Source of the DNA: Candidatus Nanopelagicales bacterium
Lineage (GTDB): Bacteria; Actinomycetota; Actinomycetes; S36-B12
DNA: 64,000 bases
Direction: 5' to 3'
NCBI GenBank assembly: GCA_044375955.1
Contig: JBILLS010000003.1
Coordinates: 2,471 to 66,470, forward strand
The translations under genes were made by a program, and so were the position numbers. Each line of letters opens with the position of its first letter. Within the stretch, counting starts at the first letter, position 1. Shown here one piece after another: positions 54,542 to 62,528 of the stretch. The notes beneath the pieces are model-generated. The model searched no databases and was not told the origin of the DNA. It was given only the letters and a program-made list of their open reading frames with translations.

Positions 54542-55094
54542 CGCGGCGATCGGAATGAATGTGGTGGAGTCCATCTCTACAGTGATGTCCATGCCCGACG
54601 GCTGTTTGCTTGTCATCGGGGCACCGGCAAGTACGCGGGCGCGCGCGGCACAGAGAAGCTCACCGTCCTCGAGGACGGAAAGACTTTCACGGTGGTGCTC
54701 ACATTCGTCCGCTAGTCGCTATGCCCGTCGGAGTATTCCGCCTGGCCGATGACGAAGTGGACATCGTGACCGGGTCCTCAACCGTGAAGACCGGTAAGCC
54801 CTCGGTGAGGTGACCAGAAGGGCCGCCGCGTGCGACGGGGATGTGGCGCCGCGGTCCCCCGGCTAGTTCGTGAAGGAGAACTCCTCCTTCGAGCCCTGCC
54901 CGACACCGCGGCGAACATGGTGATCGCGCCCAAGGGTTCTGCTTTCGCTGAAGCCGCTGTTGCCAAGGGCACAACCTTGTCTCGATGTGATCGCAGACCC
55001 AACATGAATGCGCGCGACTTAGGCACGTGCCAGGTCTTGCAACGATTGGGGGAACTGCCAGCGATCCGATCGAGCTTGCGGTTACATTCTCCAC

Positions 55095-56885
55095 ATGCAT
55101 CCACGCCTGCGCCGTCCCTTCATCGTGGCCCTGGCCGCGACCGTCGCCCTTGTCGGCATGGCCCTTCCCGCCTCGGGAGCGCCCGACACCAACTTGGCGA
55201 GCGGCGGTAAGCCACCGGGCGGATGGATCGTGGATCCGTCGATCTACGACTCGATCTTCGGGGGAGTCGGGGCCGGCGCGCCCCAGGGCACCGTGGTCGC
55301 CGACTCCGGCTTCCGGCCCTACCCCCACGGCTTCCCGGTGCCCAACTGGGGATCGGCCCGGGACTTCGCCACGAACGCCCTCGTCTACGGGGTGCCGACT
55401 CGGGTCACCCTCGACCAACTCAACGATGACGAGTACCAGGGCCCGGCGCCCTTGAACTCCCTCGCCTTGCGCCGCAGCCTCGGCGACGGCGTCTGCCGCG
55501 ACGCCAGGGCCATCAACCCGAGGACGGGTGAGTGCGACCTGATCCTGGGAGCCGGACTGCTCGCCCAGATGATCGAAAGTTCAGGGCAGGGCGGCCACTG
55601 CTTCGGTCTCGCCGCCGCTGCCGCCGCCCTCTACAACGGGCAGCTCCCGGCGAATCAGGTCGGGGCTTCCGGCCTGGGGATCAATGCCGCGAACCCGATG
55701 GGCGATCGGGCGACCCAGACCATCACCCGCCTGTTCGGGGCGCAGTACCTCGTGCCCGATGTGCTGCCCCTCGCCATCGCCGGGCAGTCACCGACTCAGC
55801 TCGTCCAGACACTCATGAAGACGCTGCCTAGCGGCACCGTCCCGTTCATCCTGACGCTGTACGGCGAGGTCGGCGGCCACGGCATCACTCCCTACGCGGT
55901 CCTGGATCGCGGGAATGGCCTGTACGACATCGCCGTATACGACAACAACTTCCCATTCCGCGCGCTGGCCGTCACCGTCGACACGAAGACCGACAGCTTC
56001 GTCTACACCTCTGCCGTGAACCCGAACTCCCCCTCCTACACCTGGAGCACGGCGAATAAGTCCGCCATCGCCCTCGTCCCACTCGATGATGTGCTGGCGC
56101 AGCAGGAATGCCCGGTGTGCCGCGGCAAGAACCAGGGGACGATGCTTGCGTTCAGCTCGCTGTCATCGGCGAACGCGGAAGTGATCAATATCGCCCTGCT
56201 CGACCTCGAAGGCCAGCCCCTCGCGAGTGACCTCTACCGGACCCTGGACACACTCAATCCGCCGACGGAAAACCAGCAGAGCGCGCCGGTGATCATCGTG
56301 GATCCGGGCGTGGAGTTCTTCGTCGCGATCCAGACGGGGCAGCTCGCCGCACCCCAGCCGATGGAGGTCTACGCGCTGAGCAACGGCGCATCGTCGTACC
56401 TGCTGCTCGATGAGCTCCCCTCCAACGGCACCATCTTGTTCGGAGTCGGCGAGAAGGATGCGATCTTCCAGTCCAGCAAGGCCTCGAGTCCGCGCATTCA
56501 GCAGCTCTACGACGGCCGAACCACGAGCTTCGACGTCAACGGCCATCCGCTCCTGCTGCCCAAGGAGGTCGCTGCAACCCAGGACTGGAACCGGGCCACC
56601 AAGCAGGTGCGGTACAGCAGCAACGCGAAGCGCACCCTCTCCTGGAACGTCCAGGTGACCGGCTCCCGCGTCAGCGGCGAAGCGGGCTGGGTCGCCCTGG
56701 CCGTCCCTGTGCCAGCGGCCGCCGAGATCCTGGTCGATTACTCCCGGGCATCCGCCACGACGGCCCCGCGGGCCTGGGTGGTGGCCAAGGATGGGAGCCG
56801 CACCCCGGTGCGCATGCAGCGCGTGACGGAGAGCCTCATCGAGCAGTACCGCGACGAGCTCTACGCCGTTCAGGGCCCGTCCTGA
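55095..56885 (+). CDS. Secreted protein with a candidate papain-like Cys/His/Asp-Asn core (paralog 1)
   Basis: Signal peptide. Motifs GQGGHCFGLA (Cys codon 55599-55601), GGHGITPYAV and IAVYDNNFP are shared with 59167-61065. Confidence 0.7.
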   Translation: MHPRLRRPFIVALAATVALVGMALPASGAPDTNLASGGKPPGGWIVDPSIYDSIFGGVGAGAPQGTVVADSGFRPYPHGFPVPNWGSARDFATNALVYGVPTRVTLDQLNDDEYQGPAPLNSLALRRSLGDGVCRDARAINPRTGECDLILGAGLLAQMIESSGQGGHCFGLAAAAAALYNGQLPANQVGASGLGINAANPMGDRATQTITRLFGAQYLVPDVLPLAIAGQSPTQLVQTLMKTLPSGTVPFILTLYGEVGGHGITPYAVLDRGNGLYDIAVYDNNFPFRALAVTVDTKTDSFVYTSAVNPNSPSYTWSTANKSAIALVPLDDVLAQQECPVCRGKNQGTMLAFSSLSSANAEVINIALLDLEGQPLASDLYRTLDTLNPPTENQQSAPVIIVDPGVEFFVAIQTGQLAAPQPMEVYALSNGASSYLLLDELPSNGTILFGVGEKDAIFQSSKASSPRIQQLYDGRTTSFDVNGHPLLLPKEVAATQDWNRATKQVRYSSNAKRTLSWNVQVTGSRVSGEAGWVALAVPVPAAAEILVDYSRASATTAPRAWVVAKDGSRTPVRMQRVTESLIEQYRDELYAVQGPS

Positions 56886-56921
56886 CTCCGCCCCACCTAC
56901 CCCACGCCGCGAGACGAGGGG

Positions 56922-57137
56922 TCACCGCTCAACTCTCGACCGCCGCTCACGCCACCAGGTGAATAAAGCGAAGAGAGCGGTCATGATCACAGATGTGATC
57001 ACCGCCTGGCGGATGAACGCGGCATCGATGGCATCGCCGAAGCCCCATTCCAGCAGGAACTGGATCAGCACCACCAGAATGAAGAAGACGACAACGGAAG
57101 CGAGTTGGAGCCAGCCGCGACTCCTGTTGTCCGCCAT
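56922..57137 (-). CDS. Small 2-TM membrane protein
   Basis: Two hydrophobic helices flanked by Arg-rich ends. Start at MADNRSRGW. No family recognised. Confidence 0.45.
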   Translation of the reverse strand: MADNRSRGWLQLASVVVFFILVVLIQFLLEWGFGDAIDAAFIRQAVITSVIMTALFALFTWWRERRSRVER

Positions 57138-57320
57138 GCCCCTGAACCTATGGTCTATCGGCACTCAAGGCAAGGAGAGGGCGCGCGAACGTCAACTCGG
57201 CCAGTGAACGGCCTCAACCGCGCGACAGATGACCCCTCACCCACCTGTTCATCAAGAAATCGGATGGTCGGCAGTGCGACCCCGCCCCTGACCACCGGAT
57301 GTGCGCTGTAGGTTCTCAGC

Positions 57321-58415
57321 ATGAACCTAGGAGCTGTGCATGAGCGGCATGAGGTAGCGACCACTATTCGGGGCGCACGTGCCTGGCGAATTAGGTATTC
57401 GTCGCTCGATTCGTCTGGTGTTGCAACCGAATCAACGGGGTTGGTCATCGCGCCCAGCGCTGGAGGCACCAACCTGCCGGTAGTGACGTGGGCCCATGGA
57501 ACCACCGGGTTGGGTGATGCGGCCTGTCCATCCGCGCAACCAGACCCGGTGCGTGAACTCACCGTGTACTTCTCAGCCGAGTCAACGCAGTCCATCGATT
57601 ACGGTGTTCCGGGACTTCAGTCCTTTATCGACGATGGCTGGATCGTGTGTGCAACTGACTACCAAGGCCTTGGAACGCCTGGGATGCACCACTACACAGT
57701 AAACCGCACCAACGCGATCGATGCAGTGAGCATCGTGCACGCGGCTCGAGCCATGGACATAGGTGCGGGAACTCAGTTCGGCTGCATGGGCTGGTCACAA
57801 GGTGGCGGTGCTGCAGCGGCCGCAGCGGAACTGGATCCAGACGTGTACGGGGAACTCAGCCTCGTCGGCGTAGTGCCGATCTCCCCCGGTGTCGGCAAGA
57901 TCGCAATGGCAAATCCTGTGGGTCCGGCACAGGCCATGAGTGACACATCCGTGCCCCCGGATTCGCATCTCGTGATGCTCCTGTTCGGCACTGCTGCGGA
58001 GAATCCCAGTCTGCAACTTTCCGATGTATTCACACCTCTCGGTGTGAGCATTATCGAAGCAGCGTGGAACACCCAGCCCGTTCATCACCTCAATGACACG
58101 ATTGCGCGGCTCTTTCGACTCAAGGGTGCAATCATGCAGATCAAGCATGGTGCGCTGCCGGCATGGCTGGCAGCGATTGAGGCGGGGTCTGCTGCACAGA
58201 AGAAGCCGGTATGCCCCATTCTCGTGTGCATTGACACCTTCGATGGCGGAACCGTTGTACCCGTGGCCTGGCAGACCAACTACGTGACGGCCATGCAGAC
58301 ACTGGGCGGTGCGGTCTCCACGAAGGAGTACCCGAATGATGACCACTTCAGTCTGCCCACGAGTTGCATTGCTGATGCAACCGCCTGGTTGAAGCCCCTA
58401 TTCACGACGAACTGA
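57321..58415 (+). CDS. Secretory-lipase (LIP) family alpha/beta hydrolase
   Basis: GWSQGG nucleophile elbow and the ATDYQGLGTPG region typical of the LIP family. No obvious signal peptide with this start. Confidence 0.75.
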   Translation: MNLGAVHERHEVATTIRGARAWRIRYSSLDSSGVATESTGLVIAPSAGGTNLPVVTWAHGTTGLGDAACPSAQPDPVRELTVYFSAESTQSIDYGVPGLQSFIDDGWIVCATDYQGLGTPGMHHYTVNRTNAIDAVSIVHAARAMDIGAGTQFGCMGWSQGGGAAAAAAELDPDVYGELSLVGVVPISPGVGKIAMANPVGPAQAMSDTSVPPDSHLVMLLFGTAAENPSLQLSDVFTPLGVSIIEAAWNTQPVHHLNDTIARLFRLKGAIMQIKHGALPAWLAAIEAGSAAQKKPVCPILVCIDTFDGGTVVPVAWQTNYVTAMQTLGGAVSTKEYPNDDHFSLPTSCIADATAWLKPLFTTN

Positions 58416-58538
58416 CCGTGGCTCCAGGCGTCTCGTGACCTTCACCCGCGGATGCCTGGGATTCTGGGCGCCACGGATGCGTTGCAGCACCGCCACCAGG
58501 CCGGATACCTCGTCAACCATCGGTGTCGAGCAGAACAC

Positions 58539-59009
58539 CTACAGCATGGGCAAAGCAATGCCCTTGGTTGCCCTCTGGAAGAGGCAGACCTCTGATGCCT
58601 TGCCCTTGCCAACCTTGGGGAGCTGCTCGAGGCAGGTCGGGAAGTAGACGGAGCCGTCCTTGCCGATCGTGCCCTTCATGATGTTCGCGTTGCTGGCGTC
58701 GGCCAGCCCGCCCTTGCCGTTGACAAGGAGGGATGCCTTCATGTCCTTCTGTGTCATCCCGGCCTTGACCCTCTTCTCGGCATTCGCGCCGGCGGGGCGG
58801 TAGCGGACCACGACGTTGTAGGCGTTGGTCGGATCGCTGTCGGCCGCGGTCACGACGAGGATGTAGCCGGGGTCACCGTTCTTAAGCGAGGAGGAAGCCC
58901 AGGTGCCCGCCAGATTGGGAGCGGCCGTGGCTGCGGGCGCCACACCGAGCACGAGGGCTCCGATGGCGACCCCGGCGAGTGCGGTCAGGCGAGAGCGGGT
59001 CAGGCGCAC
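58539..59009 (-). CDS. Secreted hypothetical protein (Lys-rich)
   Basis: Signal peptide (LTALAGVAIGALVLGVAPAATAAP). No family recognised. Confidence 0.55.
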   Translation of the reverse strand: MRLTRSRLTALAGVAIGALVLGVAPAATAAPNLAGTWASSSLKNGDPGYILVVTAADSDPTNAYNVVVRYRPAGANAEKRVKAGMTQKDMKASLLVNGKGGLADASNANIMKGTIGKDGSVYFPTCLEQLPKVGKGKASEVCLFQRATKGIALPML

Positions 59010-59166
59010 GGCGTCCTCATTTCTGTGATGGCCCAGGTTGGGTGTGTTCGGAGAGTAACGCTCCTCGCCGGCGCGTACGAGAGCGCACGCGAACCGACAC
59101 CTACAGACACATTGCCGCCGGCAAGATCTTCACGCGAGTGACGAGGCTGATGCCGTAACCGCGCGA

Positions 59167-61065
59167 CTACTCCTGCCCAGAGTCATCGACCGGATCAGCC
59201 GCGGGATCGTCAGCACCAGGATCATCAGCCCCAGGATCGTCGGCACCAGGATCGTCAGCCCCAGGATCATCAGCCCCAGGATCGTCGGCACCAGGATCGT
59301 CTCCCGTGGGATCAGTGGCGTCGTCCGGCCCGTTCCCGTCGCCGGAGTCGGTGCCCGCGCCAGAGTCGTCCTGGCCGGGGTCATCGTTCGCACCGGAGTC
59401 GGCACCTTCGTCGGCGCCGACTTCGTCGTCGCTCAGGTTGGAGATGTCGGGAAGCTCGTCGATGGTCTCCTCCTCGGCGACCTCCTCGGTGACGTAGAAC
59501 TCACCGGTCTCCTCGTCGAACTCGGCCACGGCGTCGATCACCTCGCCGCTCTCGGTCTCGGCGTCGATCGCGAACTCGCCGACCACGTTGCCGTCCTCGT
59601 CGACGTACTCGATGTCGGAGACGCCGTTGACGATCTTGTAGACGTTCATGCCAAGGCCATCAGGAAGATCAAAGTCGACGCTGCTGAGGCCGTTGGCGAC
59701 GTTCACGTCAGCCTGAGAGCCCGGAGCCGCGACGAGCCCGACCTCGTTCGGGCTGCCGGAGGACACCTCGACTCCTCCGGCCTCGGATGCGACGTAGCGC
59801 GCGGTGATGCGCGGACTGCCCACCGAGTCGATCGACAGCGTGACGGGCGTCTCCTCCGACATGGGTGCCATGCCGGGGAAGATGCCCTGCTTGGTTTTCG
59901 CGGTGAACGACTTCACGATCGAGCGGTCGATCGTCATCACCGTTCCCTTGCCGGCCAGGACGGAGCCCAGCACCGGACGCGAGATCACGCCCTCAGGCAG
60001 AACTGCTGCGGGATCGGTCGTGTCGTAGGTCTGGCCATCGATTGTGAGCTCCACACCCACGCGAGCCTCGGGATCCGGTGACGTGGCCATCAGGTAGGAC
60101 ATCCTCGGCATGCTCTTGTTGCGCTTGCCGGAGTCGTCGAACGGAGCAGCAGTGGGCAGCGCGCGGCTCGCCATGGGAGTGAGCTCGATCGTGCCGATGC
60201 CACCCTCCCAGCCGCCGGTCGGCGCGTCGGGGTTCGTCGAGCCCATCGCGTAGCTCCATCGCTCCTGCACGGGGTCGATGTAGATCCGCTGGACGGTGCC
60301 GGGGAAGTTGTTGTCATAGACGGAGATCGCGATGCGATCCCCCTCCAGCGTCACGGCGAACGGGGTGATCCCATGGCCGCCCTGCGGACCGTAGATCCCC
60401 ATCGTGTAGCCCTTGCCGGTCTGGAGCCCGACCGCGAGTTCCGCCGCGATCTCAGAGGGTTGGTAACTGTGGAAGGCCGTGTAGGCCTCCTGCACGGGGG
60501 CAAGCATCTGCGTGGCCCACCACATGTCGATCGCCTGTCGGACGTCCGGATCCGCGAACGTCAGCTCGTAGGTCGATGCGGCGTTGGGGTCGAGATCCGC
60601 AAGCAGCGCGTCCCCCCGGAACAGGCGGGCCGCCATGACCGCCATACCCTCGCAGTGGCCACCGGCCATCGCCTCGTTCACCTGCTCCGCCCACTCCCGG
60701 GCCGCCGGGTAGAGCACGCACCCGTTCGCCGTCTTCTTCGCGCAGACGGCCTTGACCCCGAACAGCGCCACCATGCCGGTGGCGTCGAGTTCACCCTTCT
60801 CAGCCCAGTTCGCGAAGTTGAAGCCGTGGACGGTCGGATCGAACCCGTCGTAGGAGCAGGTCGACGGATCCTGGCCTTCGCACTCGGGCAGCGGGTAGCT
60901 CTCCTGCACGGGCTGGGCCGCCTGCTGCCCGAGCCCGAGCTCGGACACTTCTGGCGTGGGTGTCGCGGAGGGATCACCAGCCTCCGAGCCGCACGCCGCC
61001 AGGACGCAGGCGAGCACCACAATGGGCACGAGCGCGGTCATTCGGCGAGACGTCCGAGCGAGCAT
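59167..61065 (-). CDS. Lipoprotein with a candidate papain-like Cys/His/Asp-Asn core and an acidic repeat tail (paralog 2)
   Basis: Lipobox VLAACGS. Motifs AGGHCEGMA (Cys codon 60652-60654), GGHGITPFAV, ISVYDNNFP. C-terminal (DDPGA)n tail. Confidence 0.7.
   Translation of the reverse strand: MLARTSRRMTALVPIVVLACVLAACGSEAGDPSATPTPEVSELGLGQQAAQPVQESYPLPECEGQDPSTCSYDGFDPTVHGFNFANWAEKGELDATGMVALFGVKAVCAKKTANGCVLYPAAREWAEQVNEAMAGGHCEGMAVMAARLFRGDALLADLDPNAASTYELTFADPDVRQAIDMWWATQMLAPVQEAYTAFHSYQPSEIAAELAVGLQTGKGYTMGIYGPQGGHGITPFAVTLEGDRIAISVYDNNFPGTVQRIYIDPVQERWSYAMGSTNPDAPTGGWEGGIGTIELTPMASRALPTAAPFDDSGKRNKSMPRMSYLMATSPDPEARVGVELTIDGQTYDTTDPAAVLPEGVISRPVLGSVLAGKGTVMTIDRSIVKSFTAKTKQGIFPGMAPMSEETPVTLSIDSVGSPRITARYVASEAGGVEVSSGSPNEVGLVAAPGSQADVNVANGLSSVDFDLPDGLGMNVYKIVNGVSDIEYVDEDGNVVGEFAIDAETESGEVIDAVAEFDEETGEFYVTEEVAEEETIDELPDISNLSDDEVGADEGADSGANDDPGQDDSGAGTDSGDGNGPDDATDPTGDDPGADDPGADDPGADDPGADDPGADDPGADDPAADPVDDSGQE
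59200..59305 (-). repeat. 15-bp in-frame tandem repeat (about 7 copies) encoding (DDPGA)n
   Basis: The unit caggatcRtcRgcMc repeats head to tail and encodes DDPGADDPGADDPGA... at the C-terminus of the 59167-61065 protein. Confidence 0.85.
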
Positions 61066-61175
61066 GAGGTCCCAACTTTCCCGGGTAGTGATCGACCCGC
61101 CCGACGATGTGATCACTTTGCCATAGACGGCGATTCCGCAGGAACTTTCCCCTCAAGGACTCCGTGCATGGCCCA

Positions 61176-62381
61176 TCAGAGAGGCGACGCTTCGCCTATC
61201 GCTCTTTCGTGACCGACACCCACGGCGAGGATGTCGAGTTGCCACAGCCATCGCACGAGTTCCAGCGCGCCAGGATCCATCTGCCCGATGGATCGGATTC
61301 CGTCGACCTGCTGAAGCAAAGCAACGTCGGTGGGATCAAGCTCCATGCTCCAGCCGGGGCGCTCGACCTGCCTGCCGTTGGGCGAGCAGCGGTACCGGAA
61401 CGACGGCACGTACGTCGAAGCCTCCGGTGAAGAAAAGTCGATGCTGTAACTGGCCTTCGGCCGATCCCTGCGACATGCCATGAAGAAGTGGCATGCATTT
61501 CGCCAGTGGAATCGCTCCATGACGGACCACTGCTGCTCCCGCGGGAGACCGGCCACGAGCGCGAGAAACTTGCTCGCTGAGCGCTGCGGTGCGTAGTAGG
61601 GCGCGTTGAAGAAAGGCCCCTGGAACTCCAGTCCTGCACCCGCAGCGAGGTCGCGGCACTCGTCGATCGTGTATGTCCTTGCGCGGCCGGGAAGGAAGGT
61701 GTCGATGAGTGCCGCATCACCATCCAAGTCGGGTGCAATCTCCAGGTAGCTCATCACCGGATGTTCCACATCCAGATGCTCGAGCGCATCCACAACCAGC
61801 CGGATTGAAGGTGCATCCTCGACGAGGCCCACGTCCGCGAACACGGACTGCATCATCTCGACGCCTATGCGCCCGTATTTGGCATAGACCATGACCGCGA
61901 GTACGGCGTCAGGGCGAAGCCGCTCAGCCAGCGCCCGCATGCCCTCCGCAGGGTCAGCGAGATGGTGCAGGACTCCCGTGGTGATGATCAGGTCGAACTC
62001 GCGTCCGAGGGAGGTCACCTCCTCGATCGGCAGACGGTGGAGCTCCAGATTCGTCAAGCCGTAACGATCTGCGAGGCGCCGGTGGTTGGCCAGTGACGAC
62101 TCGCTCACGTCGATGGCCACCACGCGAGCAGCCGGATTCGTATACGCGATAACGGCCGCCTGGTTCGTGCCGCATCCGGCAATAAGGACGTCCATGTCGG
62201 GCCGGTAGTCGCCGCCCGGCCACAGGATCGGGTGCGCATGGCTCGGGTCGAACCACTGCCAGTTCGACTGCAACCACAATGGCAGGTCATCGATCGGCGT
62301 CGGATAGCTCCACTGCTCGTACTGCATCGAGACGCTGTCCTTCAGTGGGTCCGAGCCCACGGCGCCTCCTTGCTCGACCAC
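61176..62381 (-). CDS. Class I SAM-dependent methyltransferase with a C-terminal extension
   Basis: Motif I VLIAGCGTNQ and post-I VVAIDVSE. The start may be MQYEQWSYP (62327). Confidence 0.75.
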   Translation of the reverse strand: MVEQGGAVGSDPLKDSVSMQYEQWSYPTPIDDLPLWLQSNWQWFDPSHAHPILWPGGDYRPDMDVLIAGCGTNQAAVIAYTNPAARVVAIDVSESSLANHRRLADRYGLTNLELHRLPIEEVTSLGREFDLIITTGVLHHLADPAEGMRALAERLRPDAVLAVMVYAKYGRIGVEMMQSVFADVGLVEDAPSIRLVVDALEHLDVEHPVMSYLEIAPDLDGDAALIDTFLPGRARTYTIDECRDLAAGAGLEFQGPFFNAPYYAPQRSASKFLALVAGLPREQQWSVMERFHWRNACHFFMACRRDRPKASYSIDFSSPEASTYVPSFRYRCSPNGRQVERPGWSMELDPTDVALLQQVDGIRSIGQMDPGALELVRWLWQLDILAVGVGHERAIGEASPL

Positions 62382-62528
62382 GCTGTTGTCGCGATCCTAG
62401 GAGGGGTGTCTCGACGAATCGGCCGGTGCGCACGAGGTAGTGCTTTGGCAAACGGCCCGGTCCTTGCCCATTTCGAGAACCCCGGCTTACCATCAGCGCC
62501 ACGCCATGTTGGCGGCGAAGGGACCCCG

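Noticed and set aside
54699-55418. 239-aa minus-strand ORF spanning the long intergenic gap and the 5' end of the secreted protein gene
   Set aside because: The translation is low-complexity and Arg/Gly/Pro-rich. It overlaps the signal-peptide region of a gene that has a conserved paralog, and I recognise no motif in it.
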